Translations under genes and position numbers: made by a program | Source of the DNA: a virus | Taxonomy: Duplodnaviria; Heunggongvirae; Uroviricota; Caudoviricetes | DNA: 41,402 bases | Virus record (IMG/VR): IMGVR_UViG_3300036982_001423 | Strand: one strand, 5' to 3' | Shown here: positions 1-8,852 of the stretch, piece after piece | Position numbering within the stretch: the first letter of the stretch is position 1 | Layout: each line of letters opens with the position of its first letter | The notes under the pieces: generated by a model | Told to the model about the DNA's origin: nothing | Database searches by the model: none | What the model saw: the letters and a program-made list of their open reading frames with translations, nothing else

Positions 1-291
1 TAGCAAAGAAGGAGAGGGAGAGGGTGTTGATTCCACTTCTTAACCAATGCAAAGTAGAAGAACTCAACAACAAGAAACGGTGTGATGCCGGGGTGGATAA
101 CATTTCGTCATTCCAGTTACGAGTAAGACAGGCGGCGTTTGAACGATGTGCTATATGGATAGAGGAAATCTTAAGGCGAGGTGAGCCATGACTGACGGTA
201 TCTATACGTTCATGGATTGCCCGGATAAGACCGACACTGGTATGTGTTGTGCTATCTATCACGATAGAAAAAGAATGTATGGAAATTGTGA

Positions 292-723
292 TTGTATGAT
301 GAAGAAAGGAATATGCAAACGGGGTTATGCCCGATGACTGACAAGCCGAAACGCAATACCCGGAAAATGCCCGAAAGGATTTCCTGCAAGGAGCGTTATC
401 CGATGACCGACCAGAAGCCCAACTGCGGAAATTGCCCCAAGTTTTCGTATATAGAACGAGATGTAAACTCTGGCAAATTATGTCGTGCCTGCGGATGCCC
501 CCAAGATCAAGTTTTGAAACTCCCGGCTTGTGACGGCGAGGTTGAACAATATAATCAGATGGTCACAAAAAAACACGGTTGTTTAGACCATCCCAGTGCA
601 AGGGAATGGCTGATGAGAGAGGTGATTGCGGAACTGGAACGCCTAATCACACAACCAACACTCGATAATGATATTAAGGTCGGACTCGAACACGCAATCG
701 CCGTAATCAGAGGTGAGAAATGA
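292..723 (+). CDS. Hypothetical Cys-rich protein, KPNCxxCP/AREWLM family member 1 (real start probably 334 or 403)
   Basis: ORF track. MTDQKPNCGNCP and GCLDHPSAREWLMREVI motifs are shared with the 5053 and 5301 ORFs. Confidence 0.75.
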   Translation: MYDEERNMQTGLCPMTDKPKRNTRKMPERISCKERYPMTDQKPNCGNCPKFSYIERDVNSGKLCRACGCPQDQVLKLPACDGEVEQYNQMVTKKHGCLDHPSAREWLMREVIAELERLITQPTLDNDIKVGLEHAIAVIRGEK

Positions 724-791
724 GTAGACCAAGGAATGTTATACCATATTTCATAGATGGTGCGGCTCGTATATTAGTGGTGAAAGGATGA
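720..791 (+). CDS. 23-aa micro-ORF MSRPRNVIPYFIDGAARILVVKG
   Basis: Manual translation. ATGA overlaps at both ends. C-terminus nearly identical to that of 7106..7351. Confidence 0.45.
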   Translation: MSRPRNVIPYFIDGAARILVVKG

Positions 792-796
792 CAGAC
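757..796 (+). repeat. 40-bp direct repeat copy A (gene end + RBS + next start); copy B at 7317..7356
   Basis: atggtgcggctcgtatatt(a/g)gtggtga(a/g)ag(g/a)atgacagac, 37/40 identical by manual alignment. Confidence 0.85.
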
Positions 797-1120
797 CGAT
801 GTAAAGCCAAAATTCGATTTGGCGATGATTACGGCGATAACTCATCGACGTTCCATTGTCAACTGGAAGAAGGGCATGAAGGCGAGCACAAAGAAGGCGG
901 CAATATGGGTGATGAGGAACACCCATATCCCTATATCTTGAAATGGATGGGGGATATGGGAGCTGAAATAACCCATGAAGATTGCCCGTGTATGGATTGC
1001 CCGCACGAAACAGACCGGGAGAACAACCCATGTCCGGTATCTACGGGAGAATTAGATGCGTGTGACCAATTCAAATGTAAAATATGTCTGGCGCATTGCG
1101 AAGGAGAGCCGTGTAAATGA
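788..1120 (+). CDS. Cys/His-rich hypothetical protein
   Basis: ORF track. GGTGA RBS and ATGA overlap. Several CxxC/CxC motifs. Confidence 0.7.
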   Translation: MTDRCKAKIRFGDDYGDNSSTFHCQLEEGHEGEHKEGGNMGDEEHPYPYILKWMGDMGAEITHEDCPCMDCPHETDRENNPCPVSTGELDACDQFKCKICLAHCEGEPCK

Positions 1121-1262
1121 CAGATATCCCAATCCAGAGAATGGTAAAATGTGCGATGTTATATGACCACGATCCATGTGATTTAGTGCCAGCAACAGAT
1201 TGTAAAACATGTGAATTTAAAGTGCATCTGTGGCAGGATCATGTAGTGTGTAGGTATGAACC

Positions 1263-1478
1263 ATGAAAGAATACATTATCACCGAAAAACAACTTAACAC
1301 CATCTACCATTTGTGTAAAGAGTTTCCGGATATCCCAAACGCAGACGCAGCAGTACGTTCTCGTCCGTTATTGGAAGAACAGGATCGCATATTAGACGCA
1401 TTTGTAAAATGGGATGAATCGAAATGGAGTGCAGCACGGATAAAAGAATACAAAGAACGCTTATGGGAAGGTGAATGA
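1263..1478 (+). CDS. Hypothetical protein, MKEYII/MTDYVI-start family
   Basis: N-terminus MKEYIITEKQL resembles the ORFs at 8335, 4460 and 7854. Confidence 0.7.
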   Translation: MKEYIITEKQLNTIYHLCKEFPDIPNADAAVRSRPLLEEQDRILDAFVKWDESKWSAARIKEYKERLWEGE

Positions 1479-1633
1479 GCGATGGACGTAATGCTAGAAA
1501 ACTATCTGCGGAGGATAGAGCAGCATCAACTAGAGACGAACAAACTCTTACAAGGTATCACCGCAGAGTTGTGTTTACAGAGGGGGATACGGTGTAACCA
1601 ATACTCATACACTCCCCCAAGAGATGACCAAGT

Positions 1634-2011
1634 ATGAAAATCTACGCACCATTTAGTGATACGGAAGTAACCGCCTTAAACGCATATCAGAAAAAAGGGG
1701 ATGAACACCCATTTACTTGTAAGTGCGGGGATCATACCCTACTAGTAGCGACGAATGAGGGCTGGATATGCAAGAATTGTGCATATACACAAAAATGGGC
1801 GTGGGCATGGATGTGCTATCGGGTAACAGGACGTGTAACAGGAACTTTCAAACGACAGGGTTTTACGTCGATAGACGAAAAAGACCCGGTAAAACGGCTA
1901 AGGAACTTAGAACAAAAGAGGATACACATTTGCGAGAACATTATTGAGTTGATAGATAAAGGGCAGATAATTTCGCATGAGATTGAGGAACTAAAGAAGG
2001 AGGTAATATGA
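1634..2011 (+). CDS. Phage-type hypothetical protein (LNAYQ...HPFTC...GWICxxCxYTQxWA) with coiled-coil tail
   Basis: Motif pattern I recognise from uncharacterised phage proteins. No function known to me. Confidence 0.7.
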   Translation: MKIYAPFSDTEVTALNAYQKKGDEHPFTCKCGDHTLLVATNEGWICKNCAYTQKWAWAWMCYRVTGRVTGTFKRQGFTSIDEKDPVKRLRNLEQKRIHICENIIELIDKGQIISHEIEELKKEVI

Positions 2012-2341
2012 ATGTCAATCAAAGAATTCATAGCGTTCTTTTACAATCCTACGTCGTTATGTGATTGTAAAGACCATATCCCGGTATGGGTAATCGAAAA
2101 TAATAAAATCTACCACGTATTCAAAGACGGTCAAGCGGTCTGTTCGACAGCGAATAAAAACAATGCAGAGCAGATCTTAAAATTATTAGATGAACATTCG
2201 AGAGTAGGTTGTAAAATGACCCCGCAAGAGATTGCGTCTGAGAAACGCATGGCAGCGATTAGGAACTTAGATTTCCAGTTAGATACAGTAAAAACACTGA
2301 TCATCTGTCTGGTAGGTATAACCGTAGGAAAATTATTGTAA
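2012..2341 (+). CDS. Hypothetical protein with hydrophobic C-terminus
   Basis: ORF track. GGAGGT RBS upstream. Confidence 0.65.
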   Translation: MSIKEFIAFFYNPTSLCDCKDHIPVWVIENNKIYHVFKDGQAVCSTANKNNAEQILKLLDEHSRVGCKMTPQEIASEKRMAAIRNLDFQLDTVKTLIICLVGITVGKLL

Positions 2342-2352
2342 GGAGGAAAAAC

Positions 2353-2943
2353 ATGCACCAAAACAGTTGTAAAAATGGATGTGAATTTGCAAAACAAATC
2401 CACTTAATGTCATACGCTACAAAGAACGCAGACGGCACATATTCGGATGCAGATTATTTGTATAAGTGTTCGAAGATTGATCGTATTATTTCACTAGATG
2501 CTTCAGTCTATGAACTAGGTTGTGCGACGTATAATTACATGCGAGCAGAACCCGTATGTATATGCACACCGCAACCAGAGCCAGAGCCAGAACATGTACC
2601 GGAACCTATCCCTACCCCTGTAACAGTAGAACCGGCAGTGATGGTAACTGGTGATCTTACATTCCCGGCACCCGCACCCACCCCCGTTGTAATTGTAGAA
2701 CCCATTGTTCCAAGGGTTGAACCGAAGTTCGTCCCGGAACCGTCAGCAAGTGTCCCACCAGAACCCGTAGCAACCCCAATACCGGAAGTCAAGAAGGTAA
2801 GAAAACCGCGTAGTAAACCCGCAGTAACCGTAACCGTTCCGGTAGTCCCGATTATCAGTGATAACACCCCGATAGTATCGGTAGTTACCGATACCCCGGC
2901 AATTCCGGTAGTTGTTGAACATACGGAGAAGAAAGAGGAATAA
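2353..2943 (+). CDS. Protein with Cys-containing N-domain and long Pro/Val/Glu/Thr-rich low-complexity tail
   Basis: GGAGG RBS. PEPEPE and PVVV repeats in the translation. Confidence 0.75.
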   Translation: MHQNSCKNGCEFAKQIHLMSYATKNADGTYSDADYLYKCSKIDRIISLDASVYELGCATYNYMRAEPVCICTPQPEPEPEHVPEPIPTPVTVEPAVMVTGDLTFPAPAPTPVVIVEPIVPRVEPKFVPEPSASVPPEPVATPIPEVKKVRKPRSKPAVTVTVPVVPIISDNTPIVSVVTDTPAIPVVVEHTEKKEE

Positions 2944-3185
2944 TGTCGGACACAACCATCACGTTCATAATCATGATTATGATCGTATGTAGCACATCAT
3001 TCATAGTATACAGTATTGCAGATGTAGCGAACATGCCGCCGTCTGATGAATATTGCCACAAAATCAGTGGCAACTTCTTTTTCCCGGTAGAACAATATGC
3101 GAAAATGGGTTTCTGTGAATTTAACGGGACTGCGTGGAATTTAAATCAGACGTTATTACGAGAGAAAATGAAAAATACAGGGTGA
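2943..3185 (+). CDS. Small N-terminally anchored membrane protein with Cys pair and N-x-T sequons
   Basis: Hydrophobic N-terminus. NGT and NQT sequons. Confidence 0.65.
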   Translation: MSDTTITFIIMIMIVCSTSFIVYSIADVANMPPSDEYCHKISGNFFFPVEQYAKMGFCEFNGTAWNLNQTLLREKMKNTG

Positions 3186-3190
3186 TACAC

Positions 3191-3787
3191 ATGGCGACAA
3201 AAGAGTATAATTTCGAGATATTAATACGAGGTCAGATGCGAGCGTATTCGAAGGATGAACTTATAGATACGTTCACAGACGACGGTTGTTTCGATATGAT
3301 CCGCAGGTCAATGCAATCATCCACGAATAAGTATAATGGTCGCATAAAAGTATCAGAACCTTCGGACACAGATCCGGATATTGGTTATTATAATGCTTGT
3401 CGATACGAGGAAGTCGAACAGAAATTGGCACACCGACTGTATATACATCAACTAAAAGGCACTGTAATGGATATGAAAGAACGAGTTAAAGTGTATGATC
3501 TTTCAATCTATGCGTTAAAAGATGCCAAAACGGGATTGTTCGGGGATAAAGAGCAAATCAAATTAACATATACTTCATTGGTATCTCAACGTGACCTCCT
3601 TAACAACCTGATCACAACAAGCGAGAGGGCTATCAAACGCATAAAATATTACGACGATATCCCAAACGGCGATGAAAAATGTCTTGAACAGGCAAAACGT
3701 ATCTTAATAGAACTTGACAGCATATTCCTAATCAACGAACCGACAGAACAAGATACCGTAGGGATTGTTACTGGTAAGGGCGTGTGA
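3191..3787 (+). CDS. Helical hypothetical protein (start MATKEY)
   Basis: ORF track 3134..3787. GGTGA RBS precedes ATG 3191. Confidence 0.7.
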   Translation: MATKEYNFEILIRGQMRAYSKDELIDTFTDDGCFDMIRRSMQSSTNKYNGRIKVSEPSDTDPDIGYYNACRYEEVEQKLAHRLYIHQLKGTVMDMKERVKVYDLSIYALKDAKTGLFGDKEQIKLTYTSLVSQRDLLNNLITTSERAIKRIKYYDDIPNGDEKCLEQAKRILIELDSIFLINEPTEQDTVGIVTGKGV

Positions 3788-3790
3788 GTT

Positions 3791-4075
3791 ATGCAGATTT
3801 CAGTGAATCAAGTGATTTTATATTCAGTGATTTTAACTGTAATCTTAATGTTAATCATGACCTTGATTGTACAAGCCATAATCACAAACCAACAGCAACA
3901 ATTCAATCAATATGCAAACGCCCCGGACTGTAACGGCACGATCCCGCAGACGGAAGGGATATGCAAATGGTCAAACCGGACATGGATTATGTGCGAGAAA
4001 CCGCTATTATCGGATGTGCATTTGAAGGACACGGTTTGGTGCAAACCAGTAGAATTGTATGATGTGACCACATGA
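3791..4075 (+). CDS. Small membrane-anchored Cys-containing protein
   Basis: N-terminal hydrophobic helix. NGT and NRT sequons and four Cys. Confidence 0.65.
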   Translation: MQISVNQVILYSVILTVILMLIMTLIVQAIITNQQQQFNQYANAPDCNGTIPQTEGICKWSNRTWIMCEKPLLSDVHLKDTVWCKPVELYDVTT

Positions 4076-4293
4076 AATCTTACATAAAAATCATTGAAGA
4101 ACCCACATCCGTTTATCTACCCGATTTCGTAGAAATTACAAAAGGCGGTATTAAACTTAAAGTTGCGATTAACATTGACCGTCCAATCGAAGCTCATCGG
4201 AGAATAGATGAAGGGTTAGGGTTACGCGAATATGCATTGAACGCATTGTTAATTCAGATCGATAAATTAGCGAACCGCAAGGAGAAAGTATGA
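4072..4293 (+). CDS. Hypothetical protein
   Basis: ORF track. ATGA overlap. Confidence 0.6.
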   Translation: MKSYIKIIEEPTSVYLPDFVEITKGGIKLKVAINIDRPIEAHRRIDEGLGLREYALNALLIQIDKLANRKEKV

Positions 4294-4459
4294 AACCCAC
4301 TATGGATGACGCGAAAAGATATTGCCCGTTGAATAGCAAAGGTCGTGGCGATAATCAAATATCGTTATTCGAAGATTGCGACGAAGGAACTTGTCAAGAT
4401 GACCACGAGAAATGCCATTATCTGACCTGTTCGATATTAAAAAATATAATGGAGAAATC

Positions 4460-4750
4460 ATGACAGATTATGTAATAGATGATGAGATCTTAAAAGAATT
4501 GATACACCACAGATTTAATATGTTACGATTTATCCACACCTGTCCCTTAAAAGCAGAATTGAAAAAAGAGAAAGAAAAAACTTTAAATGAGTTCATGAAA
4601 GCAATCGACTGGCGTTTCAACGATACAGAAAAAGGAAGAATGATCATTAAAACCATTCAGGAAATTAAAGATAATCTCTACAAAGAACCGGACGATAAAG
4701 AGGATCTACAAGAGTTCCCATTTCGTAGCATTCCGAGGAGTAAATCATGA
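4460..4750 (+). CDS. Hypothetical protein, duplicated gene copy 1 (MTDYVIDDEILKEL...)
   Basis: Near-identical paralogue at 7854..8156. Confidence 0.8.
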   Translation: MTDYVIDDEILKELIHHRFNMLRFIHTCPLKAELKKEKEKTLNEFMKAIDWRFNDTEKGRMIIKTIQEIKDNLYKEPDDKEDLQEFPFRSIPRSKS

Positions 4751-4752
4751 AA
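4551..4752 (+). repeat. 202-bp direct repeat copy 1; copy 2 at 7957..8158
   Basis: Manual alignment: 8 mismatches, 6 synonymous. Confidence 0.9.
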
Positions 4753-4938
4753 GGATATAGGAAAATAGACACATCTGATGTAATTTTTGGTAGTGAAATG
4801 AATTTGTCAGATGATGATTTGTACAACCAAGAGGAACGCATGAGAAGTATCCTCGGTACAATATCAACATATGCAGAAGAAAAAAACTGCCGCGATTTTG
4901 TGGTTGTTGTATATGCAAAGAGGAAAACCAATGACTGA
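4747..4938 (+). CDS. Hypothetical protein
   Basis: ORF track. ATGA overlap. Confidence 0.55.
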   Translation: MKGYRKIDTSDVIFGSEMNLSDDDLYNQEERMRSILGTISTYAEEKNCRDFVVVVYAKRKTND

Positions 4939-5052
4939 CACAAAACCCTCTGTTGATTATCACGAACTATCATTCGGTATCATAATCGGTGTAGGGATAT
5001 CGGCGTGTGTAGTATTCTTTTACATATCCGAAATATTAGGATGTGGTTGTAG

Positions 5053-5304
5053 ATGATTGACCAGAAACCCAACTGCACTACCTGTCCTCAAATGAAGGCT
5101 CGTGGTTATTGTATGGAAAAAGGCACTGCTTGTGTCGAACATCCTCAAGCAAGAGAATGGTTGATGCGGGATGTGATCAAGGAGTTGGAAGCAACGATTA
5201 AATGCAATTCTCGGTGGGATGAATTAGAGCCGTATTACGAAGGTGTAAATGCGGCAACTAAAGAAGCAATCGCCCTAATAAAAGAGGGGATGAAAAAAGA
5301 ATGA
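5053..5304 (+). CDS. KPNCxxCP/AREWLM family member 2
   Basis: MIDQKPNCTTCP...EHPQAREWLMRDVIKELE. Confidence 0.8.
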   Translation: MIDQKPNCTTCPQMKARGYCMEKGTACVEHPQAREWLMRDVIKELEATIKCNSRWDELEPYYEGVNAATKEAIALIKEGMKKE

Positions 5305-5618
5305 CTGAAAAACCAAACTGCTCGAACTGCCCTCACCATACAGAAAACAAATATATGGATTTCTGTTGCGGGTATCCGCTATCTAACGACAATCCCACAG
5401 AAATATATAATCATATAAAGAAACGTGGTTGCCTCTCGCATCCCGGCGCAAGGGAATGGTTGATGGGCGATGTGATTGAAACGATGGGTAATGAAATACA
5501 GTGTATAGAGGATGATATACCAGAGATGCAAAATCTTGGTAATATCAATAAAGCGATGCAAACAATTGGTGTTTTACGAGCAGCAATATCCCTCATCAAA
5601 AACGGAGTGATAAAATGA
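5301..5618 (+). CDS. KPNCxxCP/AREWLM family member 3
   Basis: MTEKPNCSNCP...GCLSHPGAREWLMGDVIE. Confidence 0.8.
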   Translation: MTEKPNCSNCPHHTENKYMDFCCGYPLSNDNPTEIYNHIKKRGCLSHPGAREWLMGDVIETMGNEIQCIEDDIPEMQNLGNINKAMQTIGVLRAAISLIKNGVIK

Positions 5619-5809
5619 AACTATATACTGCCGAAGTAACCTGCAAAATATGCCCTCACCGAGTACCATTAGGACAATTCTATAAAAAATACGACGAAGA
5701 ATATTATGATAGATTTCTCTGCTTAAACGAATCAAGACCGAGAGAGATATTGTTACACCCATCACTTGATGCCCCGGATTGGTGTAAATTAGAGGACGTG
5801 AAAGAATGA
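5615..5809 (+). CDS. Small Cys-containing protein (CxxC...C...PDWCKL)
   Basis: ORF track. C-terminal PDWC is also seen in 13652..13951. Confidence 0.6.
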   Translation: MKLYTAEVTCKICPHRVPLGQFYKKYDEEYYDRFLCLNESRPREILLHPSLDAPDWCKLEDVKE

Positions 5810-6006
5810 AACACAAAAAAATCGGAGATCATGGAGTTATGCAGATGTCATCACATTCGGGGTGTCCGAATTGTAATGCAGATTTGGGTTATTATGTGGA
5901 ATTACTCGAAGGATTTACTTGTGAGGTATGTGGTGCAGAATTTGGTATCGAGATCGAACCCGAATACTGGTATACATGTATAAAAGAAGGTGAGAATTAT
6001 GAATAA
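5806..6006 (+). CDS. Zn-ribbon micro-protein (CPNC...CEVCG)
   Basis: Two CxxC motifs. Confidence 0.65.
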   Translation: MKHKKIGDHGVMQMSSHSGCPNCNADLGYYVELLEGFTCEVCGAEFGIEIEPEYWYTCIKEGENYE

Positions 6007-6280
6007 ATTCTTTCAAGACGTTATCGCAGAAGAGGATGCAATCCGCGATGAAATCTCCGTTATCAGAGCTAAAGTAAAATCATTAGAGGATGAAATAACA
6101 AAATTAAAAAATAATGACGCGTTCTTTTACCGACAACGAAAATATTGTAAGTTCTCAGACGGATATAACTGTAAATTCACTGGAGATTGTGATCACAAGG
6201 ACAAAGTAGTTGGTTATACGAAGATATTTGGAATACGGTGTTTTGCGGAACAACACGCAAGGGAGGCAAATAATGATTGA
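5990..6280 (+). CDS. Coiled-coil plus Cys-cluster hypothetical protein
   Basis: ORF track. Heptad-like N-half and Cys-rich C-half. Confidence 0.6.
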   Translation: MRIMNKFFQDVIAEEDAIRDEISVIRAKVKSLEDEITKLKNNDAFFYRQRKYCKFSDGYNCKFTGDCDHKDKVVGYTKIFGIRCFAEQHAREANND

Positions 6281-6437
6281 CCAATTCGAACCTTATGAAT
6301 CATCAGGGTATTGTTGCCATGTAACCTGCACAGCGTATACGAATTGGACAATGTGCGAATTGGTAATTAACGATAGTAATACTTATTACGAAAATTGTAG
6401 AAAATTACGTGAAACTGGGCGGTGTTTGCATCCATGA
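6273..6437 (+). CDS. Cys-rich micro-protein
   Basis: GGAGG RBS before ATG 6273, in frame with track ORF 6210..6437. Confidence 0.55.
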   Translation: MIDQFEPYESSGYCCHVTCTAYTNWTMCELVINDSNTYYENCRKLRETGRCLHP

Positions 6438-6628
6438 ACTGTATCAATGAAAGTGGTGTAAACGACTGTCATTGGAACACGGACGGACGTTGCACATCGT
6501 TAGAAGTAACACGGTCTAAAGTGAACAGGTTTTGGTCACGCGATTGGGAAAGTAAACAGAATTGCACACTGACGCAAATCGGTGTGCATGTATGCAGTGC
6601 GTATTTGGCAGAAGGTGAAGTAAAATGA
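6434..6628 (+). CDS. Cys-rich micro-protein
   Basis: ATGA overlap. Five Cys (CxxxxxxxDCHWNxDGRC pattern). Confidence 0.55.
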   Translation: MNCINESGVNDCHWNTDGRCTSLEVTRSKVNRFWSRDWESKQNCTLTQIGVHVCSAYLAEGEVK

Positions 6629-6897
6629 GCTTGTTACCCACAGATGAAGATAAAGCAAGGAGTAAAGGGTATTCAGAAGGATATCATGATGGTCGCACAG
6701 ATGTTCTAAAAGAATTGCAAAAAGAGAATTCAGAAATAGCCCGGAAAGAGAAGAAGAAGGTGTTAGATGAACTTAAAACCGATCTAAAAACACGGTTTAT
6801 AGCAGAAGGGGGAAATCAATGGGTAAGGGGTAGAAACTCCGGGTTGATTGAGTGTTGTAACATAATTGATGAGCACCTGCAAGGAGGCGAGCAATGA
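6625..6897 (+). CDS. Hypothetical protein with EKxKVLDELK helix
   Basis: ORF track. Motif similar to EKGKLLDELK in 8335..8601. Confidence 0.7.
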   Translation: MSLLPTDEDKARSKGYSEGYHDGRTDVLKELQKENSEIARKEKKKVLDELKTDLKTRFIAEGGNQWVRGRNSGLIECCNIIDEHLQGGEQ

Positions 6898-7109
6898 CTG
6901 ATTATGTAATATCCCGTCCAGATCCGCTTGAGATGCTGGAAGCGTGGACACAACACGAGTACGACAAATTACAAAATTGTGATGGATATGAGGAAATCAT
7001 AGACTTCTTAAAAAATCTGGTGTATTATCAGAAAAAGGTCATCAAACAACTCCGCACCAATCCAGCAGCAGTACGAGAACAGGGGATTAAAGACGGGTGG
7101 TGGAAATGA
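6894..7109 (+). CDS. PDPLxxLEAW...NPxAVRExGxKDxWWK family member 1
   Basis: Paralogue of 7561..7857. Confidence 0.75.
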   Translation: MTDYVISRPDPLEMLEAWTQHEYDKLQNCDGYEEIIDFLKNLVYYQKKVIKQLRTNPAAVREQGIKDGWWK

Positions 7110-7351
7110 GCGACGGAATTACCGATGCGGCAAAGCAGACAGCAGAAGCGGTAAGAAGGTTTCAACTTCAATATTTGAAGGATATTCCTACAAATCTGAT
7201 AGTAGATGAACTGTGCAAGCGGGAAGGCGTGAAAGAGATTGTTGTTGAAAAATACCAAAACTTCGACATCTATTCCAACACAACCGAAGGAATAAAACTT
7301 CATGTACGACAAGAACATGGTGCGGCTCGTATATTGGTGGTGAGAGAATGA
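7106..7351 (+). CDS. Hypothetical protein ending GAARILVVRE
   Basis: ORF track 7097..7351. ATGA overlap at 7106. Confidence 0.7.
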   Translation: MSDGITDAAKQTAEAVRRFQLQYLKDIPTNLIVDELCKREGVKEIVVEKYQNFDIYSNTTEGIKLHVRQEHGAARILVVRE

Positions 7352-7390
7352 CAGACAAACTAAACTGCTCGACATGCGAGTGGTGCAACC

Positions 7391-7564
7391 ATGACGGATA
7401 ACGAATTTGTAACTCGATACTATGAAGGCGAGATGTGTCCCGAATGTGGGGATGACGAGGGGTTAGTAGAAATTATTGATGGGATCACGTCGTATTTAGA
7501 ATGTAAGAAATGCGGAACAATTTCAAATAATGGGGAACGTGGCGGGGGGCATACTTTCATATGA
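7391..7564 (+). CDS. Zn-ribbon micro-protein (CPECG...CKKCG)
   Basis: Manual translation, 57 aa. GGTG RBS. Confidence 0.6.
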   Translation: MTDNEFVTRYYEGEMCPECGDDEGLVEIIDGITSYLECKKCGTISNNGERGGGHTFI

Positions 7565-7857
7565 TTGCTTATCCAGTTACGAAAGAGCATTGTAATCATC
7601 AATGTGTATGCTCCAAACCAGAAAATTGTAGACCTGTTGATGGGTGTGGGCGCGAAAATTGTGAACACGACACAAGAACCCACCCCGATCCGCTTGCGTT
7701 GCTGGAAGCATGGGTTAGGTATGAAAGTGAAAGAGGGTTTAAAAACTACAATCATTCACAAGTTGTAATAGCGGTTTGCGGAATGATAGATAGCATCAAA
7801 TCCAATCCAGAAGCGGTACGAGAACGAGGATTGAAAGACGAGTGGTGGAAGGAATGA
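7561..7857 (+). CDS. PDPL...WWK family member 2, with Cys-rich N-terminal module
   Basis: C-terminal half is paralogous to 6894..7109. Confidence 0.75.
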   Translation: MIAYPVTKEHCNHQCVCSKPENCRPVDGCGRENCEHDTRTHPDPLALLEAWVRYESERGFKNYNHSQVVIAVCGMIDSIKSNPEAVRERGLKDEWWKE

Positions 7858-8156
7858 CCGACTATGTAATAAACGATGAGATTTTAAAAGAACTTTTACA
7901 CCGATCATTAGATCACAAACTTAATATTTTACGATACATTCACAACCGCCCATTAGAAGCAGAATTAAAAAAAGAGAAAGAAAAAACTTTAAATGAGTTC
8001 ATGAAAGCAATTGACTGGCGTTTCAACGATACAGAAAAAGGAAGAATGATCATTAAAACCATTCAGGAAATTAAAGATAACCTCTACAAAGAACCGGACG
8101 ATAAAGAGGATTTACAAGAGTTCCCATTCCGTAGCATTCAGAGGAATAAGTCATGA
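7854..8156 (+). CDS. Hypothetical protein, duplicated gene copy 2
   Basis: Paralogue of 4460..4750. Confidence 0.8.
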   Translation: MTDYVINDEILKELLHRSLDHKLNILRYIHNRPLEAELKKEKEKTLNEFMKAIDWRFNDTEKGRMIIKTIQEIKDNLYKEPDDKEDLQEFPFRSIQRNKS

Positions 8157-8338
8157 AACCGTTACTTTTATTAGTATTGGCGACGGTAGCGATAAGTTCC
8201 CTATTGGTGGGCTTGTATATCGGCTACGCAATAAACATTGTCGTTGCAGCATCATTAGCAATCGCTTGTGGGATGTATTTGATTGTAGGTATTTTTGATA
8301 TGATGCCGGGTAGTAATTTCGAAAAGGAGCGTGTATGA
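8153..8338 (+). CDS. Small two-TM membrane protein
   Basis: Two hydrophobic segments. Confidence 0.6.
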   Translation: MKPLLLLVLATVAISSLLVGLYIGYAINIVVAASLAIACGMYLIVGIFDMMPGSNFEKERV

Positions 8339-8601
8339 CTGACGATTATATAATCAGCAAAGAAGATTTTGATAGTTTTGCACATCAGATGACGGTAACA
8401 TTTCCGTTCATGCCGAAGATAGTTCGAGAGGAATGGATGGCACGAATAGACCGTGTTCGGAGCAGTTCATTATCTTTAGTAATAAAGACGGAGAAGGGAA
8501 AACTATTGGATGAATTAAAAACGTTTGGAATGTCATTCAACGACCACCTATATTATGAAGAATTATTAGAAAAAATAAAAACTATGCGGAGTAACCTATG
8601 A
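8335..8601 (+). CDS. Hypothetical protein, MTDDYII-start family
   Basis: Similar layout to 1263..1478 (VRSxx...E..LLD). Confidence 0.7.
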   Translation: MTDDYIISKEDFDSFAHQMTVTFPFMPKIVREEWMARIDRVRSSSLSLVIKTEKGKLLDELKTFGMSFNDHLYYEELLEKIKTMRSNL

Positions 8602-8852
8602 AAGAATATATGTTTGGGGGGATACTCATACGTAAATTTATCCCGGTATTCATCTTAATGGTAATTGCGGCAGTTACGAGATATTTGTATGGTGTGCACG
8701 AGTTAACATTGGGGGATCAGTTAATATTTATATGCGGGTTAGTCAGTATGTTGTGGGTAGGATTATTAGTAGGAGAACAAATGGGTAGGAATAAATCTAC
8801 ATCAGATGATGGTAACTTGCCGAAGATAGTTCGAGAGGTGAACCATGAATAA
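8598..8852 (+). CDS. Small two-TM membrane protein
   Basis: Hydrophobic segments. C-terminus carries a 21-bp repeat shared with 8411..8431. Confidence 0.6.
   Translation: MKEYMFGGILIRKFIPVFILMVIAAVTRYLYGVHELTLGDQLIFICGLVSMLWVGLLVGEQMGRNKSTSDDGNLPKIVREVNHE

Noticed and set aside
4551-8158. 202-bp repeat pair as a DGR template/variable repeat
   Set aside because: Mismatches are mostly synonymous C/T changes, not adenine-specific. Both copies are coding and no reverse transcriptase is in the window.
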